Assembly (NCBI GenBank): GCA_964447725.1
Contig: CAYUUB010000002.1
Coordinates: forward strand, 1-33,175
Source of the DNA: an uncultured Oscillospiraceae bacterium
GTDB taxonomy: Bacteria; Bacillota; Clostridia; Christensenellales; CAG-138
DNA length: 33,175 nt
Direction: 5' to 3'
The position numbers and the translations under genes are program-made. Every line of letters begins with the position of its first letter. Within the stretch, counting starts at the first letter, position 1. Shown here one piece after another: positions 24,229 through 33,175 of this stretch. Under the pieces are notes generated by a model. It was not told the DNA's origin, ran no database searches, and worked only from the letters and a program-made list of their open reading frames with translations.

Positions 24229-24324
24229 ATGATCCAAGAAAACCGCGCAGCCGAATACCGTTACTTTAGCTTTATCAGCTTTTATTTTGGCAAGGCTGAC
24301 TTGGGTTTGGCTGAAAACGGGTGA
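24229..24324 (+). CDS. Candidate 31-codon Phe/Tyr-rich leader peptide
   Basis: Hand translation gives MIQENRAAEYRYFSFISFYFGKADLGLAENG*. GAGGA lies 8 nt upstream. Codons 10-20 contain 3 Tyr and 4 Phe. Too short for the ORF track. Confidence 0.5.
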   Translation: MIQENRAAEYRYFSFISFYFGKADLGLAENG

Positions 24325-24358
24325 TCATGCTTCTCCGGCATACAAAATTCGCATGAGT

Positions 24359-24389
24359 ACCGCGGCCAAACCGGCCGCGGTTTTTATTT
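24359..24389 (+). terminator. Intrinsic terminator (attenuator) immediately upstream of aroF
   Basis: A 9-bp stem ACCGCGGCC-AAACC-GGCCGCGGT is followed by TTTTTATTT. It ends directly before the aroF RBS GGAGGA (24390-24395). Confidence 0.75.
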
Positions 24390-24405
24390 GGAGGAATAAA
24401 AAGCA

Positions 24406-25425
24406 ATGATCGTTATTTTAAAGCCCAATCCCGACAAAGGGCAACTGGAAAGCCTGATCTCCTGGCTGCAGGGCAAAGGCATTCAGATTCACACAAGCCT
24501 CGGCACGTCCCGTATGATTCTCGGGCTGGTCGGCGACACCTCGATGCTGGACATCGACCTGATCTCCGCGCTCGATATCGTCGACGATGTAAAGCGCATT
24601 CAGGAACCGTACAAAAACGCAAATCGGAAATTCCACCCGGACGATACGGTGATTTCGGTCGGCGGCACGCAAATCGGCGGCGGGAACCTGACGCTTATGG
24701 CGGGACCCTGTTCTGTCGAGACGGAGGACCAGATCGTCGAAGTTGCAAAAGCCGTTAAAGAAAGCGGCGCGACCATGCTGCGCGGCGGCGCCTTCAAACC
24801 GCGAACCTCGCCGTATTCATTCCAGGGGCTCGGCGCAGAGGGACTCCGCCTGCTGGAGCTGGCAAAGCAGGAAACCGGGCTGCCCGTCGTCAGCGAAATC
24901 ATGGACGCTTCCCAGCTTCCGTTGTTCGAAAATGTGGACGTGATCCAGGTCGGCGCGCGCAACATGCAAAATTTCAACCTGCTCAAGGTGCTGGGCGCAC
25001 AGGACAAGCCGGTTATGATCAAGCGCGGGCTGGCCTCCACATACGAGGAATGGCTCATGAGCGCCGAATACGTCATGGCCTCCGGCAACGAAAACGTAAT
25101 TCTGTGCGAACGCGGCGTGCGCACCTTTGAAACCTATACGCGCAACACGCTGGACATCGCCGCGGTCCCGGTCTTGCGGCACTTAACGCACCTGCCGATC
25201 ATCGTCGACCCCAGTCATGCCACCGGCCGGTCCGCGCTGGTCGCGCCGCTCGCCGCGGGCGCGGTCGCCGCCGGATGCGACGGCCTGCTCATCGAGGTCC
25301 ACAACGACCCCGCCCACGCGTTGAGCGACGGTCCGCAGTCTCTGAATCCGGAAGCGTTCGACCGGCTTGCGAGGAAGCTCGTCGCCCTGCACGGTTTCAT
25401 GCGCGACCTGGTGGCCGCACAATGA
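24406..25425 (+). CDS. aroF: 3-deoxy-7-phosphoheptulonate (DAHP) synthase, type I-beta with N-terminal ferredoxin-like regulatory domain
   Basis: 339 aa. An N-terminal roughly 65-aa domain MIVILKPNPDKGQLESLISWLQGKGIQIHTSLGTSRMILGLVGD precedes the catalytic barrel (LMAGPCSVE, GGAFKPRTSPYSFQG, IVDPSHATG). This is the architecture known from Thermotoga-type DAHP synthases. Confidence 0.95.
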   Translation: MIVILKPNPDKGQLESLISWLQGKGIQIHTSLGTSRMILGLVGDTSMLDIDLISALDIVDDVKRIQEPYKNANRKFHPDDTVISVGGTQIGGGNLTLMAGPCSVETEDQIVEVAKAVKESGATMLRGGAFKPRTSPYSFQGLGAEGLRLLELAKQETGLPVVSEIMDASQLPLFENVDVIQVGARNMQNFNLLKVLGAQDKPVMIKRGLASTYEEWLMSAEYVMASGNENVILCERGVRTFETYTRNTLDIAAVPVLRHLTHLPIIVDPSHATGRSALVAPLAAGAVAAGCDGLLIEVHNDPAHALSDGPQSLNPEAFDRLARKLVALHGFMRDLVAAQ

Positions 25426-26258
25426 ACGTAGGCATCGTCGGCCTGGGACTGATCGGCGGTTCCATGGCAAAAAGCATCAAAAACCGCACGGCGCACATCG
25501 TCTGGGGCGCGGACCTCAACGCGGAAACCATGACGCTCGCGCGGCTCAGCGGTGCGATCGACGCGCCGCTGAGCGATGAAAACCTTCGCGCGTGCGACCT
25601 GCTTCTTCTCGCCATCCGCCCGAATGCGGCGCTGGAATGGGTCCGCGCCAACGCGGACAAAATCGAAGCACGCACGATCGTCGTCGACCTCTGCGGCGTC
25701 AAGCGTGTCGTTTGCAGCGCGATCGCCCCGATCGCAAAAATGCACGGATTCGCTTATATCGGCGGCCATCCGATGGCCGGACGCGAGCGCAGCGGTTTCG
25801 TCAGTTCCGGTATCGATCTGTTTTCCGGCGCTTCCATGATCCTTACGCCGAACGAGCGCACGGACATGCAAACGCTCGAAACGCTGAAATCTTTCTTCAC
25901 GGATATCGGCTTTGCGGGCCTGACGTTCTCCAACCCGGACGAGCACGACCGCATCATCGCCTACACGTCCCAACTGGCGCACATCGTATCCAGCGCGTAC
26001 ATCAAGTCGCCCGAAGCCCAGCTTCGGCGCGGTTTTTCCGCCGGAAGCTACCGGGACATGACGCGCGTTGCGCATCTGGACGAGGACATGTGGACGGAAC
26101 TGTTTCTGGACAATGCGGACTATCTGTCCGAACAGCTCGATATCCTGATCGGCCATCTGAACGAATACCGCGCCGCTCTCGGCGCGCAAGACGCGGAGCG
26201 TCTCCGCGCGCTGCTTCGGGACGGCCGCGAAAAGAAAGCTACGGCGGGAGGCAACTAA
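25422..26258 (+). CDS. tyrA: Prephenate dehydrogenase
   Basis: ORF track starts at 25275. The ATG at 25422 overlaps the aroF stop (ATGA) and gives MNVGIVGLGLIGGSMAKSI (Rossmann GxGxxG). GGHPMAGRE motif is present. Confidence 0.9.
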   Translation: MNVGIVGLGLIGGSMAKSIKNRTAHIVWGADLNAETMTLARLSGAIDAPLSDENLRACDLLLLAIRPNAALEWVRANADKIEARTIVVDLCGVKRVVCSAIAPIAKMHGFAYIGGHPMAGRERSGFVSSGIDLFSGASMILTPNERTDMQTLETLKSFFTDIGFAGLTFSNPDEHDRIIAYTSQLAHIVSSAYIKSPEAQLRRGFSAGSYRDMTRVAHLDEDMWTELFLDNADYLSEQLDILIGHLNEYRAALGAQDAERLRALLRDGREKKATAGGN

Positions 26259-26261
26259 GCG

Positions 26262-27332
26262 ATGAGTATCCACCGAATTCCCGTCCGCGTTAAAAACGAA
26301 TACGAAGTCGCGATCGGCCGAGGCCTGCTTGAAAAAAGCGGCGCATTGCTGATCGAGGTCGTCGGCAGCTGCCGAATTGCGATCGTCACGGATTCCAATG
26401 TTGAAAAGCTCTATCTGCAAACGGTGGAAAACAGTCTGGATCAGGCCGGATACGACGTCTGCTCGTTCGTTTTTCCCGCCGGGGAAAGCGCCAAACGGAT
26501 GCATACCCTTTCCGATATTCTTGAGTTTTTAGCAAAAAACCGTCTTTCGCGCGGCGACTGCGTCGTTGCGCTCGGCGGCGGCGTAACCGGCGATCTGTCC
26601 GGCTTTGCGGCGGGCTGTTATCTGCGCGGCATCCGTTATGTTCAGTTGCCGACCACGCTGCTTGCCGCGGTGGATTCGTCCGTCGGCGGGAAAACAGCCG
26701 TAGATCTGTCCGCAGGGAAAAACCTTGCGGGTCTTTTTTATCAGCCTTCGCTGGTTGTCTGCGACCCGGACTGCTTTTCCACCCTGCCGGACGGCGAATT
26801 CGCAAACGGCGCCGCGGAAGCGATCAAAACCGGGGTTCTGGACGGCGAGCCGCTGTTCCGGTTGTTCGAAACCGGCAACGTCCGCGAAAACATCGACGAA
26901 ATCGTCGCGCGGTGCGTCGCGTTTAAAGCAGGCGTCGTCGAGGCGGACGAATTCGACAGCTCGCTGCGCAACACCCTCAACCTCGGGCACACTGCGGGCC
27001 ACGCAATCGAAGCCTGCAGCGGTTATACGATTCCGCACGGACAGGCTGTTGCGATCGGTTTGTCCATCATTGCAAAAGCCGCCGAAGCGCTCCGCGAAGC
27101 GACGGAACCGATTTCGGAACGCATCCGGCACACGCTCGTTCAAAGCGGCCTGCCCGTTACGTCGCCGTACTCGCCGGAGATGCTCGCAAGCGCCGCGCTT
27201 TCCGACAAAAAACGCGCGGGCGGCTCCATACGGATCGTGCTTCCGCGCCGCATCGGCGACTGCGCGCTGAAAACCATCCCGGTCGGCGAGCTGTTATCCG
27301 TCTTTCGCGCGGGGATGGAGGGCGACGCATGA
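26262..27332 (+). CDS. aroB: 3-dehydroquinate synthase
   Basis: 356 aa with GGGVTGDLSGFAA, QLPTTLLAAVDSSVGGKTAV and NLGHTAGHAIE. Confidence 0.95.
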   Translation: MSIHRIPVRVKNEYEVAIGRGLLEKSGALLIEVVGSCRIAIVTDSNVEKLYLQTVENSLDQAGYDVCSFVFPAGESAKRMHTLSDILEFLAKNRLSRGDCVVALGGGVTGDLSGFAAGCYLRGIRYVQLPTTLLAAVDSSVGGKTAVDLSAGKNLAGLFYQPSLVVCDPDCFSTLPDGEFANGAAEAIKTGVLDGEPLFRLFETGNVRENIDEIVARCVAFKAGVVEADEFDSSLRNTLNLGHTAGHAIEACSGYTIPHGQAVAIGLSIIAKAAEALREATEPISERIRHTLVQSGLPVTSPYSPEMLASAALSDKKRAGGSIRIVLPRRIGDCALKTIPVGELLSVFRAGMEGDA

Positions 27333-28585
27333 ACGCCATCATTGCGCCCGCGCCGCTTTCCGGCGAAATCGAAGCGATCTCCTCAAAATCCGACGCGCAC
27401 CGGCTGCTGATACTGGCCGCGCTTTCGAAGGGAACAACCACGCTCATCCGGCTCAATCAGCGTTCGGACGATATCGACGCGACGATCGGCTGCCTGCGCG
27501 CCATGGGCGCGCAGATCGATGCCGCTCCGGACGGAATCGTGGTCCACGGAATCCGCACGTTTGCCGACAATCCGCTGCTGGACTGCAACGAAAGCGGGTC
27601 CACGTTCCGTTTTCTGCTGCCGGTTGCGGCGGCGTGCTGCGATTCGGCGCGCTTTGCCGGGCACGGACGGCTGCCCGAGCGGCCGGTACGCGAGTTGCTG
27701 CAGACCATGCGGTCGCACGGCGTCCGCTTTTCGGCCGACCGCCTTCCGTTTTCAATCACCGGTCGTCTGGGCGGCGGCGATTACGAACTTCCGGGCGACG
27801 TCAGTTCCCAGTATCTGACCGGCTTGCTACTCGCGCTGCCGACGGTCGATCGGAACAGCGTCGTCACGCTCACGACAAAGCTGGCGTCCGCGGCCTATGT
27901 CGACATTACGCTTTCCGCGCTCAGCCGGTTCGGTATCCGCGCCTCGGCTGAAGACGGCGTCTACTCAGTCCCCGGGGGGCAACTTTGCGTTTCGCCCGGA
28001 GAAATCCGTGCGGACGGCGACTGGTCGAACGCGGCGTTCTTCCTCGCCGCGGGCGCGCTGGGACGACCCGTTCGCGTAAGCGGCTTGCGCATGGATTCGC
28101 CGCAGGGCGATAAAAATATTTTGGATATTCTCCGCTCGTTCGGGGCGAACGTGTCGGTTTCCGGCGACGCGGCGACGGTTGCGCCGGCAACGCTCCACGG
28201 AATCGATCTCGACGTTGGGGAAACGCCCGACCTGCTGCCAGTTCTGGCTGTTCTGGCGGCCTGCGCGGGCGGCGAAACGCGGCTCGTCAACGCGGCCCGG
28301 CTCCGCCTGAAGGAAAGCGACCGGCTGACCGCCACGGCAAAGCTGATCAACGGCCTCGGCGGAGATGCAAAAGAATTGCCGGACGGTCTGGTCGTTCGCG
28401 GCGGAATCCTGTCCGGCGGGACGGTGGACAGTTTTCACGACCACCGCATCGCCATGGCGGCGGCGGTCGCGGCGGTCCGCTGCAAAAACCCGGTCACGAT
28501 TCTCGACGCGGGCGCGGCGGCAAAGTCCTACCCTGCGTTCTATGAAGATTATCAAAAGCTTGGAGGAAACGTGGATGTCGTCTGA
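27329..28585 (+). CDS. aroA: 3-phosphoshikimate 1-carboxyvinyltransferase (EPSP synthase)
   Basis: 418 aa with SKSDAHRLLILAAL, CNESGSTFRFLLPVAA and DHRIAMAAAVAA. ATGA overlap with the aroB stop. Confidence 0.95.
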   Translation: MNAIIAPAPLSGEIEAISSKSDAHRLLILAALSKGTTTLIRLNQRSDDIDATIGCLRAMGAQIDAAPDGIVVHGIRTFADNPLLDCNESGSTFRFLLPVAAACCDSARFAGHGRLPERPVRELLQTMRSHGVRFSADRLPFSITGRLGGGDYELPGDVSSQYLTGLLLALPTVDRNSVVTLTTKLASAAYVDITLSALSRFGIRASAEDGVYSVPGGQLCVSPGEIRADGDWSNAAFFLAAGALGRPVRVSGLRMDSPQGDKNILDILRSFGANVSVSGDAATVAPATLHGIDLDVGETPDLLPVLAVLAACAGGETRLVNAARLRLKESDRLTATAKLINGLGGDAKELPDGLVVRGGILSGGTVDSFHDHRIAMAAAVAAVRCKNPVTILDAGAAAKSYPAFYEDYQKLGGNVDVV

Positions 28586-29669
28586 ATTTGGAAAGGTCCT
28601 TCGCGTCGGCGTCTTCGGGCAGTCGCACGGCCGCGCCATCGGCGTGACCATGGATGGCCTGCCCGCCGGAGAAGCAATCGACATGGACGAATTGCGCGCC
28701 TTTTTGGAGCGCCGCCGTCCGGGCAGGTCTTCGCTCTCGACCGCGAGACGGGAAGCGGACGAGCCTGTGTTTCTGTCCGGCCTGGTCGACGGCAAAACCA
28801 GCGGCAGCCCGCTTTGCGCAATCATCGAAAACAAGGATGTTCGCTCCAAAGACTATTCGGAGTTCGCCGACAAGCCGCGCCCCGGGCACGCGGACTATAC
28901 GGCCTGTGTCAAGTGGAACGGCAAAGCCGATATGCGCGGCGGCGGACACTTCTCCGGGCGGCTGACCGCGCCGCTTTGCATCGCGGGCGGAATCGCAAAA
29001 CAGATTCTGGCGCGAAAAGATATCTTCGTCGGCGCGCATCTTGCAGAAATCGCGGGCATTGCGGACGAAGCCTTCCCGCTGATGCCGACGCAGACGTTAT
29101 TTGCGGAAATCGCGGCGAAACCGTTTCCCGTCATCGACGACGCGCAGGGCGAAAGCATGCGCTCGGCGATTTTGTCCGCGGCCGCCGACGGCGATTCCGT
29201 CGGCGGTGTGATCGAATGCGCGGCAATCGGCGTTCCCGCCGGTTTGGGCGGACCGATGTTCGACGGCATGGAAAACCGCCTGAGCGCGGCGCTGTTCGGC
29301 ATCCCCGCCGTCAAAGGCGTGGAATTCGGCGCGGGCTTTCAGGCGGCGACGATGCGCGGATCAAAAAATAACGACCCGTTCATAATGGCGGGCGACGGAT
29401 CGATCGTTACCAAAACGAACCACGCCGGCGGCATCCTCGGCGGAATTACGACCGGCATGCCGATCGTAATGCGTCTGGGCGTCAAACCCACGCCGTCGAT
29501 TGCAAAGACGCAAAACACGGTCAGCCTGTCCGCCCGTGAAAACACTACTCTGGCAATCAATGGTCGCCACGACCCATGTATTGCGCACCGGGCCGTTCCC
29601 GTCGCGGAGGCCGTGTGCGCCATCGTCCTGCTGGACAGTTTATTGGAGGAGAAAAGCAGATGGAATTGA
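28575..29669 (+). CDS. aroC: Chorismate synthase
   Basis: ORF track starts at 28365. The ATG at 28575 (MSSEFGKVLRVGVFGQSHGRAIGVTMDGLPAG) has GGAGGA upstream. RPGHADY and GRHDPC motifs are present. Confidence 0.95.
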   Translation: MSSEFGKVLRVGVFGQSHGRAIGVTMDGLPAGEAIDMDELRAFLERRRPGRSSLSTARREADEPVFLSGLVDGKTSGSPLCAIIENKDVRSKDYSEFADKPRPGHADYTACVKWNGKADMRGGGHFSGRLTAPLCIAGGIAKQILARKDIFVGAHLAEIAGIADEAFPLMPTQTLFAEIAAKPFPVIDDAQGESMRSAILSAAADGDSVGGVIECAAIGVPAGLGGPMFDGMENRLSAALFGIPAVKGVEFGAGFQAATMRGSKNNDPFIMAGDGSIVTKTNHAGGILGGITTGMPIVMRLGVKPTPSIAKTQNTVSLSARENTTLAINGRHDPCIAHRAVPVAEAVCAIVLLDSLLEEKSRWN

Positions 29670-30799
29670 ACGAAATACGGAACTCGATCGACTCGGTGGA
29701 TGAACGGCTGCTCAAGCTGTTTTTGGAACGCATGGATTTGAGTGAACAGGTGGCCGCCTACAAACAGGCGCATTCTTTGCCGCTGCTCAACAAAACGCGC
29801 GAACGCGAAATTCTTGCGCGCGTCTCAGAGCAAGCCGGCGAACGAGAACCCTATGCCTATCAACTCTTCACCACGCTGTTTGAGCTTTCCAAAGCGCGCC
29901 AGCGCGAGCTCTATGCGCAGCCTTCCACGGTACGCGCGCAGGTGGAGCGTGCGCTCGCCGCACCGGAGGACGTTTTTCCGCGGACGGGCGTCGTCGCCTG
30001 TCAGGGCGTGGAAGGATCGAACTCGCAGGCGGCCTGCGACAAGCTGCTGCCACGCGGAAACATCGTATACGTCAAAAGTTTCGAGGCCGTGTTCGACGCG
30101 GTGGAATCCGGGCTCTGCCGCTTCGGCGTGCTTCCGATTGAAAACAGCGCGAACGGTTCCGTCCGTATCGTCTACGACCTGCTCCAGAGAAAACATTTTT
30201 CCATCGTCCGCAGCACGAGCCTCTGCATCCGGCACGAACTGATGGCAAAGCCGGGAACGAAGCTCTCCGACGTCACGGACATCTTTTCGCACGAACAGGC
30301 CATCGGCCAGTGCAGCCGGTACCTCGGCAAGCTCAACGGCAAGGTGAAGGTGACGCCCTGCGCAAATACGGCGCTCGCTGCGAAGACGGTTTCCGAAAGC
30401 GGCGGCCCCGGCGCGGCGGCGATCTGCTCGCACGCCTGCGCCGCGCTGTACGGCCTGGACGTGCTCAGCGACGATATTCAGGACAGCGACAACAACTACA
30501 CCCGCTTTATCTGCATTGCAAAGGACCCCGTGATCTATGCCGGTTCCAACCGTATCAGCCTGATTCTGGCCTGCCAGAACAAGCCGGGCGCGCTCAACGA
30601 AATACTGACCAAGCTCTCCGTACACGGCGTGAACATGAGCAAGCTGGAAAGCTGTCCCGTGACCGGCCGCAACTTCGAGTTTATCTTTTTCTTTGAGCTG
30701 GACGCTTCCGTGCGCGAGCCCGGCGTTCTGCCCATGCTGGAGGAGCTGGAACGCATCAGCGAAAGCTTCACCTTCCTCGGCAACTACTCGATGGTCTGA
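29660..30799 (+). CDS. pheA: Bifunctional chorismate mutase / prephenate dehydratase (P-protein)
   Basis: ORF track starts at 29576. The ATG at 29660 (MELNEIRNSIDSVDERLLKLFLERMDLSEQVAAYK, the CM domain) has GGAGGAG upstream. The PDT domain carries GVEGSNSQAA and NYTRF, and the C-terminal ACT domain carries KPGALNEILT...LESCP. Confidence 0.93.
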   Translation: MELNEIRNSIDSVDERLLKLFLERMDLSEQVAAYKQAHSLPLLNKTREREILARVSEQAGEREPYAYQLFTTLFELSKARQRELYAQPSTVRAQVERALAAPEDVFPRTGVVACQGVEGSNSQAACDKLLPRGNIVYVKSFEAVFDAVESGLCRFGVLPIENSANGSVRIVYDLLQRKHFSIVRSTSLCIRHELMAKPGTKLSDVTDIFSHEQAIGQCSRYLGKLNGKVKVTPCANTALAAKTVSESGGPGAAAICSHACAALYGLDVLSDDIQDSDNNYTRFICIAKDPVIYAGSNRISLILACQNKPGALNEILTKLSVHGVNMSKLESCPVTGRNFEFIFFFELDASVREPGVLPMLEELERISESFTFLGNYSMV

Positions 30800-32047
30800 A
30801 TGATGGAAGGCCGCATCTACGGACTCATAGGGCGCAGCCTGAAGCATAGTTATTCCGTCCCGATCCATAGGGAACTGGGAGCGAAAGGTTACCGGCTGAT
30901 CGAGCTGGAGCCGGAGGAGCTTGCAGCGTTTCTCCAAAGGGACGATATCGGCGGCCTGAACGTCACGATCCCTTACAAACGCGACGTGATGGCATGCTGC
31001 TCTTCGCTCGATGAAACGGCGCGCGCCATCGGCAGCGTCAACACGATCGTCCGGCAGGAAGACGACACGCTGAAGGGCTATAATACGGACGCATATGGCT
31101 TTTCCTATATGGCGAGGCGCGCCGGCGTTTCGTTTGCCGGGCGCAAGGTCGTGATCTTCGGCAGCGGCGGCGCGTCTCTGACCGCGCAGTATGTCGCAAG
31201 GCAAAGCGGCGCGTCCGCGGTCGTCGTGATCTCCCGCAGCGGGCCGGATAACTATGAAAATCTCGCCCGCCACGCGGACGCGGAGGTCCTCGTCAACGCA
31301 ACGCCCGTCGGCATGTATCCAAACACCGGCGTGATGCCCGCCGGCCCGGCTTTGTTCCCGAACTGCAAAGGCGTGCTGGATTTGATTTACAATCCGCGCA
31401 GGACGGCGCTTTTACTCCGGGCCGACGCGCTCGGCATCCCCTGTTCGGATGGCCTTCCAATGCTGGTTTCGCAAGCAAAAGCAGCGGAAGAACTGTTTTT
31501 TGGCCAAAAAATACCGAACTCCGAAAACGAGCGCCTCCTGAAAAAGCTTTACCGGGACATGCAGAATATCGTACTGGTCGGCATGCCGGGCAGCGGGAAA
31601 ACCACGATTGGCAATGCGCTCAGCCGGATCGCCGGACGGAGAGCCGTCGATCTCGACGCCGAAATCGAAAAAACTGCCGGATGCACGATTCCCGCCATCT
31701 TTGCGTCCTCCGGCGAGGAAGCCTTTCGCCGGATGGAGCGTGAACAGGCGAAAAAATGGGGCAAGGAAAGCGGCAATATCCTGATCACCGGCGGCGGCAT
31801 CGTCAAGGACCCGCGCAACTACGCTTCGTTGAAGCAGAACGGGCGCATCTATCAGATCGAGCGGGACGTGCGTTCGCTCGAGCGCGCCGGACGTCCGCTC
31901 TCCGAAAACGCCGACCTTTCCGAGATGTACTGCCGGCGGCAGCCGCTTTACGAACGTTTCCGCGACGCAGCGGCGCAAAACGACGGCTCGGCGGAAACAG
32001 CCGCGCAAGCCATATGGGAGGATTACTGTGAACATTCTGATCATTAA
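30800..32047 (+). CDS. aroE/aroK: Fused shikimate dehydrogenase (N-terminal) / shikimate kinase (C-terminal)
   Basis: 415 aa. The N-terminal half has YGLIGRSLKHSYSVPIH, NVTIPYK and GSGGAS (AroE). The C-terminal half has the Walker A NIVLVGMPGSGKTTIG and the EEAFRRMERE motif (AroK). Confidence 0.9.
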   Translation: MMEGRIYGLIGRSLKHSYSVPIHRELGAKGYRLIELEPEELAAFLQRDDIGGLNVTIPYKRDVMACCSSLDETARAIGSVNTIVRQEDDTLKGYNTDAYGFSYMARRAGVSFAGRKVVIFGSGGASLTAQYVARQSGASAVVVISRSGPDNYENLARHADAEVLVNATPVGMYPNTGVMPAGPALFPNCKGVLDLIYNPRRTALLLRADALGIPCSDGLPMLVSQAKAAEELFFGQKIPNSENERLLKKLYRDMQNIVLVGMPGSGKTTIGNALSRIAGRRAVDLDAEIEKTAGCTIPAIFASSGEEAFRRMEREQAKKWGKESGNILITGGGIVKDPRNYASLKQNGRIYQIERDVRSLERAGRPLSENADLSEMYCRRQPLYERFRDAAAQNDGSAETAAQAIWEDYCEHSDH

Positions 32048-32462
32048 CGGGCCGAACCTGAACCTGCTCGGCCTGCGCGAGCCGGATATCTACGGCAAAC
32101 AAACCTATGCCGACCTGGTTGAGATGATTCGTCTTGAGGCTGTGTCCCTCGGCGTCTCGGTTACCTTCGTGCAGTCCAACCACGAGGGCAATCTCGTGGA
32201 CGCGATCCAGAGCGCGTATCAAACGGCGGACGGAATCGTCATCAATCCCGGCGCTTACACGCACACGAGCATTGCGCTGCTCGACGCGCTCAAGGCCGTC
32301 GGCGTCCCCGCCGTGGAAGTGCACATCTCCGATCCCGATCAGCGCGAGGAATTCCGGCACGTCTCGTATATTCGCAGTGCGTGCATCGCGACCGTCAAAG
32401 GGCACGGCCTGAACGGTTATCTTGAAGCGCTGCGGCTCCTTTGCGAAAAGCAGGATGAATAA
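32028..32462 (+). CDS. aroQ: Type II 3-dehydroquinate dehydratase
   Basis: 144 aa with ILIINGPNLNLLGLREPDIYG, NHEG and HISDPDQREEFRHVS. GTG start with GGGAGGA 5 nt upstream. It overlaps the aroE/aroK end by 20 nt. Confidence 0.95.
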   Translation: MNILIINGPNLNLLGLREPDIYGKQTYADLVEMIRLEAVSLGVSVTFVQSNHEGNLVDAIQSAYQTADGIVINPGAYTHTSIALLDALKAVGVPAVEVHISDPDQREEFRHVSYIRSACIATVKGHGLNGYLEALRLLCEKQDE

Positions 32463-32480
32463 ACGCTTTTTAAAGCGCAA

Positions 32481-32518
32481 ACAAAGCGGCTCCGCAGGGA
32501 TTTGCGGAGCCGCTTTGT
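32481..32518. terminator. Bidirectional terminator between aroQ and convergent ilvC
   Basis: A perfect 16-bp stem ACAAAGCGGCTCCGCA-GGGATT-TGCGGAGCCGCTTTGT is followed by GTTTTGTTG. Confidence 0.85.
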
Positions 32519-32570
32519 GTTTTGTTGTCCGTCGAACGAGCGCTTCCGGATTGTTCGCCGCTGTAAACGG

Positions 32571-33175
<605 letters not shown>

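Noticed and set aside
24229-24389. T-box riboswitch as the explanation for the aro leader. The leader contains GTACCGCG next to the terminator, CCGTTA (F-box-like), and GAA-TAC (a possible Tyr specifier).
   Set aside because: The segment upstream of CCGTTA is only about 50 nt from the predicted start site and lacks a Stem I with AG-bulge/distal-loop elements. The UGGN bulge that pairs with the tRNA CCA end is absent (TGAG instead of TGGN). The GTACCGCG lies in the terminator 5' arm itself rather than upstream of it. I kept it only as an alternative to be excluded with a covariance model.
13132-29659. N-terminal extensions given by the ORF track for argG (13132), argJ (16695), kdgK (22993), tyrA (25275), aroC (28365) and pheA (29576)
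   Set aside because: In each case a downstream start has a canonical AGGAGG-type RBS and/or overlaps the preceding stop, and it yields the conserved N-terminus of the family. The extensions overlap the upstream gene in another frame.
20119-31273. Long antisense ORFs inside argF and the aro operon. Examples are 20119..21036(-), 25215..26504(-, 429 aa), 27965..28849(-) and 29825..31273(-, 482 aa).
   Set aside because: The reasoning is the same. They cross gene boundaries of the real plus-strand operon, lack RBSs and have no recognisable domains.

Overview
33.2-kb chromosomal window from a high-GC, Firmicute-like genome. A Clostridia-type origin is my inference from the AGGAGG ribosome-binding sites, tightly overlapping operons and gene content; it has not been checked against any database. 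Most of the window is ordinary, confidently assignable metabolism. It contains galK (-), a seven-gene arginine operon argG-argH-argC-argJ-argB-argD-argF (13162-21018, +), and an IclR/KdgR-type regulator divergent from eda-kdgK (21452-24117). It also holds an eight-gene aromatic amino-acid operon aroF-tyrA-aroB-aroA-aroC-pheA-aroE/aroK-aroQ (24406-32462, +) and a convergent partial ilvC at the right edge. The left edge carries a YhfC-like protease fragment, a membrane-anchored MerR-type regulator and a Zn-phospholipase-C-like gene. The stand-out is a roughly 9-kb, visibly lower-GC, five-gene minus-strand operon (3575-12556) wedged between galK and argG. In transcription order it encodes a 600-aa lipoprotein with a degenerate vWA-like domain, a 4-TM protein, and a divergent tubulin/FtsZ-superfamily GTPase with T1, T3 and T4 motifs readable. 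These are followed by a 1155-aa protein whose C-terminal half carries the three actin/Hsp70 (ASKHA) ATPase motifs, and a bitopic membrane protein with an acidic ectodomain and a K/E-rich repeat. The genes are translationally coupled, and no DNA-binding, nuclease or mobility gene accompanies them. I regard this as a candidate undescribed trans-membrane tubulin-like plus actin-like NTPase system. Secondary observations include a Phe/Tyr-rich 31-codon leader ORF plus terminator upstream of the aro operon (candidate ribosome-mediated attenuator) and four copies of a 15-bp palindromic operator-like motif in the kdgR/eda divergent region. There is also a membrane-tethered MerR co-transcribed with an intramembrane protease, and an unannotated 56-aa membrane-protein gene. 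No rRNA, tRNA, CRISPR array, transposase or integrase was seen.
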